DNA from: Mobula hypostoma
Lineage: Eukaryota
DNA: 64,000 nt
Direction of reading: 5' to 3'
Assembly (NCBI RefSeq): GCF_963921235.1
Contig: NC_086097.1
Coordinates: forward strand, 180,236,001 to 180,300,000
Part shown: piece by piece, positions 39,501 to 51,788 of the stretch
How the letters are laid out: every line of letters begins with the position of its first letter
Numbering within the stretch: position 1 is the first letter of the stretch
Notes under the pieces: generated by a model
What the model was told of the DNA's origin: nothing
Seen by the model: only the letters and a program-made list of their open reading frames with translations
The model's database searches: none
Made by a program: the position numbers and the translations under genes

Positions 39501-40024
39501 CTGATGTGCATCAGTTTTAACATCTCATCCTTTCTCAGTACACAGGATTCCAGTCCCTGGGATAATCTTCAAATTAGAAACTTACACTCAGATGCAAGTG
39601 CTGATGCAAGGTTTCACTCATCACAAGATTTAAAAACAAAAAAATCCAGAAGAACTTGCACTATGAATTGGAGAGTTGCCTGTCCCATATGACCCTGTCC
39701 ACTTCCCCAAAATGAGGTCTTGAGCACAAGAATTTGCGGCTCTGATATTTCACCCATATAGATGTATGTTCCTTTTTAAATAACCTTGATCACTTCAAAT
39801 CTGGGATCACTCCAGATATAGTCGACCTTCTATCCCAAGTCATAATTCCTTCTTGCATTCAGATAAAACTGTTGGCAGAAGCACTAAGTGCCAGAGGGAA
39901 GATTTTCTCCCAATTTTTAAAATGACGTCTATTTTCATTACTAAATATCTGTTCTTTAACTGATAACAGTTATTCCAAAAGGAGAAGATTTAGGGAAATT
40001 TCACTAACAGGAAGATCTAGTTCC

Positions 40025-41620
40025 AACCAAATCATCAAGTTCGCTGATGATGCAACAGTGACTGGCCTCATCAACAACAACAACGAGATAGCATACAGAG
40101 CAGCTGGTAAATGGTGTAAGCACAACAATTTGAATCTCAACATGGACATGGACAGTCACTGAAAGCAAGCATGCAAGTACAGCAGGCAGTGAAGAAAGCT
40201 AATGGCATGCTGGCCTTCATAACAAGGGGAATTAAGTATAAGAGCAAAGAGGTCCTTCTGCAGCTATACAGGGTCCTGGTGAGACCACACCTGGAGTACT
40301 GTGTGTAGTTTTGGTCTCCAAATTTGAGGAAGGACATTCTTGCTATTGAGGGAGTGCAGCGTAGGTTCACAAGGTTAATTCCCGGGGTGGCAGGACTGTC
40401 ATATGTTGAAAGATTGGAGCAACTGGGCTTGTATACTCTGGAATTTAGAAGGCTGAGAGGGGATCTTATTGAAACATATAAGATTATTAAGGGATTGGAC
40501 ACGCTGGAGGCAGGAAGCATGTTCCCACTGATGGGTGAGTCCAGAACCAGAGGCCACAGTTTAAGAATTAGGGGTAGGCCATTTAGAACGCAGTTGAGGA
40601 AAAACTTTTTCACCCAGAGAGTGGTGGATATATGGAATGCTCTGCCCCAGAAGGCTGTGGAGGCCAAGTCTCTGGATGCTTTCAAGAAAGAGATGGATAG
40701 AGCTCTTAAAGATAGTGGAATCAAAGGTTATGGGGATAAGGCAGGAACTGGATACTGATTGTGGATGATCAACCATGATCACAGCGAACGGCGGTGCTGG
40801 CTCGAAGGGCCGAATGGCCTACTTCTGCACCTATTGTCTAAGACCAAAGAGATGATTCTGGACTTTAAGGTGGTACAGACTGATCACTCCTCACTGTACA
40901 TAATTGGCTCATTCGTGGAGAGAGGAGCACCAAGTTTCTGAGTGGGCACATCTTACCTGGTCACTCCAACATCACCCCTTTGGTCAAAAAAAGCACAGTA
41001 GCATCTTCACTTCCTGAGGAGAGTGAAGTGAGTGAAGCTCTCCCCCCGCCCCCAACCATTTTAATCATTTTTTTTTTTACAGGCGCACCATCGGAAGGGT
41101 CCTAACCAGCTGCATCACCTTCTAGTATGGGAATTGCAAGGCATCTAATCACAAGTCTCTATAAAGGATTGCAAGGACTGCTGAAAGAATCATGGAGGTC
41201 TCCATTCCATCCATTAGAGGATATTGATCAGGACCGTTGCATATGCAGGGCCCTTAGCATTGTCAATGATCCCTTCCATCCATTGAACAATTTCTGACTT
41301 CCCTACCATCAGGCAGGAGGTTCCGTAGCATGAGGCCAAGAACTGTTAGGATGGGAAACAGCCTAACAAGTTCCCCCAGGCCCTAAGACTACTGAACTCC
41401 CTGCCACCTCCCAGGTCTTATATATGACTGTCAGTAGTGTTACATTATTTTTAACTTGTATCATATATTTGTTAATTTATTTGTGGTAATATCACTTTGT
41501 GTGTTATATGTGTGAGTTATATATACTGTTTTGTCTTGTGCACCTTGGTCTGGAAGAATGTTGTTTTGTTTGGTGGGATACACACGTACAGTTGAATGAC
41601 AATAAACTGAACTTGAACTT
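40025..41620 (+). mobile_element. Rex1/Babar LINE (40025-40145 and 40840-41620) interrupted by a young CR1 3' end (about 40150-40838)
   Basis: Rex IIKFADDATV..NNLNLN resumes as KTKEMILDF after a CR1 copy nearly identical to 54453-55143. Tail aataaactgaacttgaactt. Confidence 0.88.
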
Positions 41621-41875
41621 TTACAAGCACCAGAGGAGAAATAATCTTCAAGAAAAAGGGTATTTAATTTACAATAATCAAAATAGCAAGTAGCTCCCTT
41701 CTTGCCCACTCCATTGTAGTCCCATCACTGCACAGGATTATTAGGAAATGCAGTTTAAGCAGGTATAGCAAATAAGTTTACAAAGTGAGCACTTGATACA
41801 GTGACTTTACATAGAATCTGTAACACGATTAAAACATTCCAAAGAGTTAAAACCCTTTATCGTAAATGGTTATAC

Positions 41876-41983
41876 CTCAGCAAGGAAATCCACTTCATTA
41901 TCGGCAGTGATGTTCAAACCAGAGACGGCATTGAACAGATCCCGCTCACCCATCGCATCTGCAACTCCCGCCTTCTGGAAGAA
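41876..41983 (-). CDS. RIOK3: RIOK3 penultimate coding exon (FFQKAGVADAMGERDLFNAVSGLNITADNEVDFLAE)
   Basis: 108 bp, cttgttgtag acceptor, gtataa donor. Matches the RIOK3 segment LFNAVSGLNITADNE. Confidence 0.95.
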
Positions 41984-42654
41984 CTACAACAAGAACGGCA
42001 GCATGAAGGACCATGCCACATTGACAAGCCATTAGTTACACCATTAACTCTACAGCTGCTTTGGGAAAGCAGCTAGCATAATCAAAGACCCCATCAACCT
42101 CTGACATTTGCTTTTCTCCTATCTCCCATTAGGAAGACGATACAGAAGCCTGAATAGATGCATAGTACGATAAAGATGGACTGATCAGAATCTACCTTGT
42201 AATGGCTTTGCACCTTATTGTCTACTCGCACTGCACTCTCTCAGTAACTACTCTGTTATCGTTTTACCTTGTGCTACATCAATGCACTATGTAATTAATT
42301 GATCTCTATGGACAGGGACTTCACCTGAATTATCTGCTGCAGAGGTTTATTTTGGCAAAGTAGCCAACCTAAACTCATTTGGCAGAAGGGGGAGAACAGA
42401 AGCAACATACTTCAGTAGAAAGAAAGTGGACCTCGTTGCTACCGCAGCGCTCTCTCTCACTTGTTCTTTTCACCTTTCCGGCAAGATCGTTGCCAGATAT
42501 TCCTCACTGTAACCTGGCTCCCTTTACACCTGTCTCAAGGTGGAGGGTGGTGGGGTTTGAAAAGCATTTGTTTTTTGCTACACGCCACAGGTCAGTGACA
42601 ACAAGGAAAAAACTGAATATTTATTGATGGACTTCCTCACGTCGATATGTGATC

Positions 42655-43010
42655 TTCTCTTTTAAGAAGGGAGGAAGGCAAAAGAAAAGGAATTATAGGC
42701 CAGTTAGCCTAACCTCAGTGGTTGGGAGAGTGTTGGAGTCTATTATCAAGTTACTTGATAATGATACAAGTTTCAGGGTACTTGGAGATTAATGATAAAA
42801 TAAGTCAAAGGCAGCATGGTTTCTGTAAAGGGAAATCTTGCCTGATAGATCTGTTAAGAGTTCTTTGAGGAAGTAGCAAGCAGAGTGGACAAAGGAGAGG
42901 CAGTGGATGTCATTTACTTGGATTTTTAGAAGGCATTTTTTAAGATGCCGCACGAGGTTGCTTAACAAGATAAAATCCTATGGCATTACAGGAAAGTTTA
43001 TTTCTAGTGG
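42655..43010 (+). mobile_element. CR1 RT internal fragment
   Basis: Segments equivalent to NYRPVSLTSVVG and LDF-KAF, similar to 7620-7900. Confidence 0.8.
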
Positions 43011-43479
43011 GATAGAATTCAGAAGTCTGAGCGTTATGTCAAATTGCTCTAGAACCTGGGTAAGTCCACTCCCAAGTTTTGCCTGTTAGATTTGGTCTTC
43101 ACCATCAAAACACACTTGTGGCTCTGTTTCCTCAAATGGCTACAGAAATTTAAAATGTTGCCAATGACCCTCACCAATTTTTAATTGATATACCACTGAA
43201 AGCATCCTGTCTGGATACATTACAGCATGGTATGGCAACTGCTCTGCCCATGACTGCAGAAAGTAGTGGACACAGCTCAGCACATCACAGGAACCAGCCT
43301 CCCCACCAGACTCTTGTTTACATTTCACGCTGCCTCAATAAATCTGTCAGCATAATCAAAGACCCTACTCACCCCAGACATTCTCACTTCTCTCCCCCCC
43401 CACCCCATTGGACAAAAAATACAAAACCCTGAAAGCATGAACCAGCAGGCTAAAGGACAACATCTATTCTGAGACAAAA

Positions 43480-43760
43480 GAGATTCAGCAGATGCTGGAA
43501 ATCTTGAACAGTACATTCGAAACGCTAGAGGAACTCAACAGATCAAGCAGCATCTAAGAGAGAAATAAATGTTTCGGTCCAAGACCCTTCATCAGGACTA
43601 GAACGGAAGGGGGTCGGAAGCCAGAATAATAAGGTGAGGGATGTTGACCCCTTCCTTTTCAGTTCTGATGAAGGGTCTTGGCCCAAAACATCGACTGTTT
43701 ATTTCCCTCCACAGATGCTGCCTGACCTGCTGAGTTCCTCCAGCATTTTGCAAGTGTTAC
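43480..43760. repeat. Inverted pair of Penelope termini with two hammerhead-like cores
   Basis: Minus copy ctagtcCTGATGAagggtcttggaccGAAAc at about 43571-43601 and plus copy agttCTGATGAagggtcttggcccaaaacatcgactg at about 43661-43697. Confidence 0.8.
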
Positions 43761-44337
43761 TAGATTCCATTCCGCCATTATCAGATGATAGATATGAACT
43801 CTGGATCTCTCAGTTACTTTATCATGTCTGCTGTTTGCACCTTATTGGTCTACCAGCACTTTCTCTTTAACCATAATACAGTATTCAAGGTTATCCTGTA
43901 TCCTGGGTATTTTTTAAACATTTTATACATCAGTGTACTTGTGTATAGGATCTGTCTGGTTGACATGCAAAACAAAAGCTTTTCCCTTTATCTCAGTAAC
44001 AAACCAAATACAAAATTACAAGAAGCATTATTAGACCAAGAGCAGACAAGCATGGCCCCAGAATGGAGAGGTTGCAATTACCAGCTAATGCTGAACATGA
44101 AGAGAGAGAAAATGTTCATAGTGAACAGGTTTAACAGGATTAACTTGGAGCAACTGTCTCCAGCTAAGCATGTAAAAGAGAAGGGAATTAAAAGATATCA
44201 CATACTACAGTGTGAACTGGGAAATGAGGAGTTGCTGGGCTGAATATCTACTAACTTTCTCAATACAGCTACACTGATACTTCGCTAGTGAACTTCGCTA
44301 GTACTCATCTATCATGGAAGAGGAACTGCTGAGTTAC

Positions 44338-44427
44338 CTGAGAAACGTTTTTGCAATCCCTGAAGAGAAACTCGAGTCCATGAGGATGAGTGGGTTCCAC
44401 GGATTGACTGACATCAATCAACCAGAT
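44338..44427 (-). CDS. RIOK3: RIOK3 coding exon with the metal-binding loop ([30 protein letters not shown])
   Basis: 90 bp, ttttgttttatag acceptor, gtaact donor. Contains the IDVSQ motif. Confidence 0.97.
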
Positions 44428-45099
44428 CTATAAAACAAAACATAGGCAGGCTAGATCAAGTTATCCTCATGAAAGCACAACATGAATTTTTTGATGTAAC
44501 AAACAACGTGCTGGAGAAACTTAGCAGGTCAGATAGCATCTCTGTGAGGGAAGAAACTGTCAAGATTCTGGTCAGTTTTATTGCTCCAGATTCTACATCT
44601 GCAATCTCTTCTGTCTCCATGAAAGCAGATCACTAGCAAGGTCAGCATTAACTGTGTGTCCTCAACTGCCCCACCTGTATTTAAAGGAGACAAGAGAGTC
44701 AAAACAATCAGACCTGCAGCAGCAAACAGACTGCTGGAGGAACTTGGGTGGAGGGTCAAGCAGGACGGTGGGCAGAGGAACGGTTCTCATTGTGGGTCCA
44801 GAGAACAGTCTTGAGCCATTACAAAGGCAGTGGGTATGGATTCACATGCAGGAGGACAGACCAACTATGGATGGCAGGTCACACTCACCGAAGATTAGGA
44901 TGGGTCCTATGATAATCCAGTAGTTTTGCAGTTAACATCAACACTTTTCATTCTAAATTTTATTTATTTACTTCGTTAAATTTCCCACCTGCTAGGATGG
45001 AAGTCAAACTCACTTCTGGATGAAAACCCTGTAACCAAATCATATTCTCTAATAATAACCCTTATCATTGCATTTCAACATTATTCACTGCTTGCTTGA

Positions 45100-45860
45100 A
45101 AACTTCCAAGTTCCTTGGTGTAAACATTACTAATAGTCTGTCCTAGTTCAACCACTTTTATGTTACAGCTGTGAAAGCACACCAACACCTCTATGTCCTC
45201 AGAAGGTTAAGGAAATTCACATGTCCCTCAAGACCTCCACCAATTTTTATTGATACACTATAGAAAACGTCCTATCTAGATGCATAACAGCTTGGTATGG
45301 CAATTGCTTTAGCATGACAGCAAGAAAATATTAAAACAGTAACAGAATGCAGTGTTACCAAGAAAGTGCAGTGCAGCTTGACAATAAGGTACGAGGGCCA
45401 TGATGTAAGTGTGGACACAGTTCAGCACATCATGGAAACCAACCTCCCCTCCATGGACTATCTACACTCAGTAAAGCAGTCAACACAATCAAGTACTCCT
45501 CAAAGACATTCTCTCTTCTGGAAGAAGGCACAAAATCCTACAAGTATATACCACCAGGGTCTATCTTCTGTTCTTCTATCTTCTATCTTCAGCTTCTATC
45601 CCACTGTTATAAAACTATTGAATGGTCCTCAAGTACAATAAGATGGACTCTTGACCTCACAATCTATCTCATCATGAACCTTGCACTTTATTGTTTACCT
45701 GTACTGCACTTTCTCTGTAATTGTACACTTTATGCTGCATGGTTATTGTTTTAACCTATGTTAAAATCTATGTTTTAACTTCAATGTACTGATGCAGTGA
45801 GTGGATGGCATGCAAAACCGTCTTGCACTATACCTTGGTAAACATGACAATAATAAAACT
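45100..45860 (+). mobile_element. Rex1/Babar LINE 3' fragment; related tails at about 42070-42310 and 47665-47990
   Basis: ttcaagttccttgg-type and tggtatggcaattgc motifs, with a shared tail gatggactcttgacctcacaatc..gacaataataaa. Confidence 0.75.
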
Positions 45861-46769
45861 ACTAACAAAGTGGCCTCTCTTCCACTGGGGACTGATCACA
45901 GGTTAGGGCTGCAATGCAGAACATCTCCCGTATTGGAGACCCTGAACTTCTGCCACCACTACTGATCCTCTGTCTTCAGGTCCTCCAGTCTTACAACTAA
46001 GTGCAGCATCCTTCCAACTCAACTTCATGTAAGGATTCTGCAGTTCCCTATGCACCCATCATGTCCATCCTTACTGTCTTTCACATTCATCTATTTTGAG
46101 AAATTGGTTTATTATTGTCACATATAACGAGGTACTATTAAAAACTGTTTTGCTTTATTTCTTACACAGATCAATTAATTACAATAGTGCAATGGTGTAT
46201 TACGAGGTAAAACAATAATGGAGTGCAGAACAAAGTGCTACAATTATAGAGAAAGTGCAGTGCAGGTAATCAATAAGGCGAAAGGCTATAAGGTACATTA
46301 TGAGGATAAGAGTCCACCTTATCATATTAGAGGACAATTCAACAGTCTTATAACAGTGGACTAGAAGCTGGCCTTGAGCCTGGTGATATGAGCTTTCAGG
46401 CTTTTTTTTTTAAACTTTGTTTCCACTCTTCTAGACACTTCTTCCCTCTCTCTCTACCTGCTTGAAACCTGTTTCAGCTGATTATTTTCCAGATCAAAAG
46501 AAGTTATCAGCTTGCAATTTCTGTAAGCTGTAATAACACCTGTAATTATAGAAAAGTGACAACACATTGACATTCTTCTCCCCAAAATGCATCTGATTTG
46601 GTTGAAATTTGCAGAGTTTAATTTATTTAAATCAAGTTCCCAATAAACCAGCTCTCACCACTTAACTGACAGTAAAACCTCAGATCTTCCTTGCACACCA
46701 GACACAAGGTGCTGGTCAGCACAGTCCTGGTGAGCCTGTATCCACAGACTCCAAGACACATATGCTTAC

Positions 46770-46850
46770 CTTCCCCATGTGCCACAACATGTTGTAGGCG
46801 CTCAGGTCAGCATGGACCAGGTTGCATTCGGTGTACAGCTGTTGCATTAT
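46770..46850 (-). CDS. RIOK3: RIOK3 coding exon with the catalytic loop (IMQQLYTECNLVHADLSAYNMLWHMGK)
   Basis: 81 bp, tgttttacag acceptor, gtaagc donor. Contains the RIO catalytic loop LVHADLS-x-YN. Missed by the ORF track. Confidence 0.96.
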
Positions 46851-47287
46851 CTGTAAAACAAGGCAGCCCGTTAGACCGCAGCACTCTTTCCAACAACAGA
46901 ATAAGTTGAACTCAAAAATCCCCTTGAAACCTTCAGGACCACAGAGGCATTATTAATTCTCTTGGATTATGTTTGAGGAAGTCCCCAGAAATACATTACA
47001 GCAGAGTATTTTCATATCCATAAGACACAGGAGCAGAATTAGGCCATTTGGCCAGTCAAGTCTGCTCCACCATTTAATCGTGGCCAATTTATTTTCCCTC
47101 TCAACCCCATTCTCCTGCCTTCTCCCCATAACTTTGACACCTTTAAGTACCTATCAACTTTACTTTAAATATACCCAATGACTTGGCCTCTGCAACAGTC
47201 AGTGGCAATGAATTGCATAGATTCACCACCCTCTAGCTAAAGAATATCGTTGCGAATAGAGCTTGTACAGAAAGAACAGAAGCTTAC

Positions 47288-47447
47288 ATGCAAGACCTGG
47301 TGGTAGGCTCGCTTCAAGTCTTCATTGTTAAGCTGAATATCCTTCAGTTTGGGAGCTGCCATGTGATCCTGGCCGATGAATGACATCACCAGAATGTGCT
47401 TCTTGAGAAGAACCACCTCTGGACAGGGAATCCCAACTTTATGCATC
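47288..47447 (-). CDS. RIOK3: RIOK3 coding exon (MHKVGIPCPEVVLLKKHILVMSFIGQDHMAAPKLKDIQLNNEDLKRAYHQVLH)
   Basis: 160 bp, phase 2 to 0, tttctctctgcag acceptor, gtaagc donor. Contains GIPCP, LVMSFIG and APKLK. Confidence 0.97.
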
Positions 47448-48559
47448 CTGCAGAGAGAAATCAGGCATCAAATTGTACAACTTGCATTTACATGGAGAGG
47501 CAGAAAGGGTTTATTAGCCACAGATCTACAATTCAGTCCCAGGACTGACCTTTCAGCCCAGCCCCACTTTCCTTCACAAACCCGATATCCCTTGACTGCT
47601 CATTAACCGCAATCAAGTGGTCTTGGATTTTCTGTTGGTATTGTGCTTTCAGGCTTTCACATCTTCCCATTGGACAGAATATACAAAAGCCTAAAGCATA
47701 TACCACCAGGGTCAAGGACAGCTTTTATCCCACTGTTTTTTAAGACTATTGAACAGTCCCTTAGTATGAAATGACGGACTCTTGACGTCACAATACACTT
47801 CGTTATGGCCTGGCACATCATCGTCTGTCTGCACTACACTTTCTCCGTAACTGTAACAGTCCAGTTCTGCATTCCGTCATGGTTTTCCCTCATTCTACCT
47901 CGCTGCACTGATGTGATCAATTGATCTGCATGAAGGCAGCAAAATTTTTCACTGCACCTTGGTATATGTGACAATAATAAACCAATTTCCCAATATACTT
48001 TAACAACTGAGTTTCCACAGCCCTTTGGGTAGGGAAATCTAAATCCACTACCCTCTGGTTACAACCATCACCTCCAGTATCTCCACAGCCATCTTGAGAT
48101 GCAGGTTACCAGGTCTGGGGACTTGCTTTTAGTTCCATTAACTTTTCCGATGGTGATGAAGATTTCTTTCAGCTCCTCATTCAATTTCGACCTGTTTGCC
48201 ACTTGTATCGTGTCCTTTGTAAATACATTTCCTTCTCGTATCACAGGTATCACCGTAGCGTAGCAGCTAGTGTAAAGCTTTACAGCATTAGCAGTAGGGG
48301 TTCATTTCCCACTGCTGACCCATACATACTCAAGTTAACATTGTAGCATCTTTACATGATCCACCAAAAGGCTGATTTTACCATGTGCTTGCCCAGCAAA
48401 GCCAGAAGAAATACAGGGTAAACCAGACTGCTGTATAGTTTGAACATCCTCAAACTTATTGGGTCCCCATCAGGGGGAAGGGGATTCACAGATGAGAAAG
48501 CATGGCAAGATTTTGATAATGTTGAGGTAATCTGGATAGAAAATTCACAATACTTCATA

Positions 48560-49290
48560 GATCAAAGTATTCAGTACAGGAGTTGGGATGTTATGTTTAA
48601 GTTGTATAAGACTTCAGTGAGGCCTAATCTGGAGTATTGTGTGCAGTTTTGGTCACCTACAGCAAATATGTAAATACAATTGAAAGAGCACAGTGAAAAT
48701 TTACAAGGATGTTACTGGGACTGGAGAACCTGAGTTGTATGGAAAGATTGGCTAGGTTAGAACTTTATTCACTGGAAAGCAGAAGATTGAGCAGTGATTT
48801 GATAAAGGTATACAAAATTATGAGGGGTTATCGATAGGGTAAAAGCAAGCAGGCTTTCTCCACTGAGGTTGGGTGAGAGGTCATGGCTTAAGAGTGAAAG
48901 GTGAAAAGTTTCAGGGTAACATGAGGGGAAACCTCTTCACTCAGAGGGTCATGAGAGTGTGGAATGAGCTGCCAGTGCAAGTGGTGCATAAGAGCTCAAT
49001 TTCAACACTTAAGAGAAGTTTGGATAAGTATATGGATAGTAGGGATATGGCAGGCTACAATCTTGGTGCAGGTCATTGGGAGTAGGCAGCTTAAATGGTT
49101 TCGGCATAAGACCATAAGATATAGGAGCAGAATTAGGCCATTTGACCTATCAAGTCTGCTCCACCATTTCATCATGGTCCAAGGATGGGAGGAGAGGTAT
49201 GGTGCAGGTTGATGGAACTAGGCAGTTTAAATGATTCAGCATGAACGGGACGGGCCAACGGGCCTGTTTCTGTGCTGTAGTTTTCTGTGA
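48560..49290 (+). mobile_element. CR1 LINE 3' fragment
   Basis: VRPNLEYCVQFWSP and LFTQRVMRVWNELP. Confidence 0.85.
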
Positions 49291-49489
49291 CTCAACGACC
49301 AAAACTTAAAACTTAATTAAGAATGCAGTGAGACAGTTGTGCAGGCCACAGTAAGCCCTGGGACTACCCCCAGCACCTTGAAATAAGTGCCCCCAGTTAC
49401 AGGATGGAACAGACTTTATCAAATGAGTATGCAGAGGCTTTCATTCAAATCACTGAGCGCTAGTAGAGTCATTAAAGCCACCATATCCA

Positions 49490-49790
49490 CTCAGACACAG
49501 TAGCAGCGCCAACAATCTGCATTCAATTCTGACTGTGGCTGCAACGAATTTGTATGTTTTCCTTGTAACCATATTGGTTTCCTTTGGGTGCTCCAGTTTC
49601 CTTCCACATATAGCGTGGCAAGGGTTAGTAAGTTGTAGGCATGGTATGTTGGCACTGGAAGCATGGCAACACTTGTGGGCTGCTCCCACTGTCTATGGAG
49701 TTTGCACATTCACCCTAACATCACGGGGGTTTCCTTCGGTTTCCTGCCACATCCCAAAGACGTGCAGATCAGCAGGTTGATTATCCAGTA
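49490..49790 (+). mobile_element. tRNA-derived V-SINE/HE1-like SINE fragments; related pieces at about 48250-48320 (+) and 63655-63750 (-)
   Basis: The core ggtttcctttgggtgctccagtttccttccaca resembles the V-domain of vertebrate V-SINEs. A B-box-like ggggttcatttccc occurs at 48297-48310. Confidence 0.6.
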
Positions 49791-49983
49791 CAGTTGAGTG
49801 GTGGAATCCGGACCACTGGCCTAATGTAGGCATTTACTGCACAGAAAAAGCCATTCAACCCACTGACCATTATGCCCATCTTTCTATCCCACTGCATTAA
49901 TTCTCTCTCTACTCCCTGATCATTCATGGCCTACCAAGATGCTTCAAGCGCTGTCACTGTGAAACGACACCCAACTTTTGTAC

Positions 49984-50166
49984 CTGGTCAAGTTGTGCAT
50001 TTCCTTCTCTGCCCACATGCGGATGATCTTACGAGGATTCAGCTTGCTGAAGCGGTCTTTGAACCTGTAATCATCCTTGATGTATTTGTCTCGATTTTTG
50101 AATTCATTGAGAGTGGTCTTAAAAACTTTGATGGCACACTCTGTGGGAACCATTTGGTCACCCAGG
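49984..50166 (-). CDS. RIOK3: RIOK3 coding exon (LGDQMVPTECAIKVFKTTLNEFKNRDKYIKDDYRFKDRFSKLNPRKIIRMWAEKEMHNLT)
   Basis: 183 bp, phase 2 to 2, pyrimidine tract plus cag acceptor, gtacaa donor. Contains AIKVFK (catalytic Lys) and WAEKE. Confidence 0.97.
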
Positions 50167-51536
50167 CTGTGAAGGGAGAAACCAACAAGTAGTGATGAAT
50201 TTTAGAAAATATTGACTTCAGCGTTAAATAAAAACATACATTACTGGCATATCCTTCCCTGCCATCATGGGTATATACAAATGGCATTCCCTCAAGAAAC
50301 ACAGAAAACCTACAGCACAATACAGGCCCTTCGGTCCACAATGTTGTACTGAACAAGTCCTTACCTTAGAAATACCTAGGCTTACCCATAGCCCTCTATT
50401 TTTCTAAGCTCCATGTACATATGCAGGAGTTTCTTAAAAGAACCTATCAATCCCGTCTCCACCGCTGCCGCCAGCAGCCCATTCCATGCACTCACCATTC
50501 TCTGCGTAAAAAAACTTACCTCAACATCTCCTCTGTACCTTCTTCCAAGCACCTTGAAACTATGCCCTCTCGTGCTAGCCATTTCAGCCCTGGGAAAAAG
50601 CCTCTGACTATCCACATGATCAATGCCTCTCATCATCTTGTACACCTCTATCAGATCAGCCCTCTTCTCCTTGGAGTGACGGAGGATAAGTCCGAGTTTA
50701 CTCAACCTATTCTCATGAGGTATGCTCCCCAATCCAGGCAACATCCTTGTAAATCTCCTCTGCACCCTTTCAATGGTTTCCACATCCTTCCTGTAGTGAG
50801 GCGACCAGAATTGAGCATAGTACTCCAAGTGGGATCTGACCAGGGTCCTATATAGCTGCAACATTACCTCTCAGCTCTTAAACTCAATCCCATAGTTGAT
50901 GAAGGCCAATGCACCATATGTCTTCTTAACCACAGAGTCAACCTGCGTAGCAGCTTTGAGTGTCCTATGGACTCGGACCCCAAGATCCCTCTCCTCCACA
51001 CCGCTAAGAGTCTTAGCGTTAATGCTATATTCTGCCATCATATTTGACCTACCAAAATGAATCAGCTCACACTTATCTGGGTTGAACTCCATCTGCCATT
51101 TCTCAGCCCAGTTTTGCATCCTATCAATGTCCCGCTGTAATCTCTGACAGATCCTCCACACTATCCACAACACCCCCAACCTTTGTGTCATCAGCAAATT
51201 TACTAACCCACCCTTCCACTTCCTCATCCTGGTCATTTATAAAAATCATGAAGAGTAGGGGTCCCAGAACAGATCCCTGAGGCACACCACTGGTCACTGA
51301 CCTCCATGCAGAATATGACCCATTTACAACCATTCTTTGCCTTCTGTGGGCAAGCCAGTTCTGGATCCACAAAGCAATGTCCCCTTGGATTACCAGGCAT
51401 CCTTAATTTCTAAATAAGCCTTGCATGGAGTAGCTTATTAAATGCCTTGCTGAAATCCATATACACTACATCTACGGCTCTACCTTCATCAATGTGTTTA
51501 GTCATATCCTCAAAAAATTTAATCAGGCTCATAAGG

Positions 51537-51788
51537 CAGTGGTCCCCACCACCGGGCCGCAGACTGGTACTGGGCTGCAAAGCATGTGCTACCAGGCCGC
51601 GAGGAAACAATATAATTTGGCAATATGAAATGATATGAGTCAGCTGCACCTTTCCTCATTCCCTGTCACGCACTGTTGAACTTGAACACACCCTGTCCCC
51701 CAACCCCCTCCACCCCCCGTCGGCCGGTCCGCAAGAACATTGTCAATATTAAACCCGTCCGCTGTGCAAAAAAGGTTGGGGACCCCTG
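51537..51788. mobile_element. hAT/Charlie-type MITE (252 bp) with an 8-bp TSD
   Basis: Termini cagtggtcccca and tggggacccctg, flanked by tcataagg (51529-51536) and ttgtaagg (51789-51796). Confidence 0.88.

Noticed and set aside
44279..44302. Tandem duplication of acttcgctagt near a RIOK3 splice donor
   Set aside because: A short local slippage duplication more than 30 nt into the intron, with no evidence of function.
48250..48320. tRNA gene
   Set aside because: Only degenerate A/B-box-like sequence with no convincing cloverleaf. It is better explained as a SINE head.
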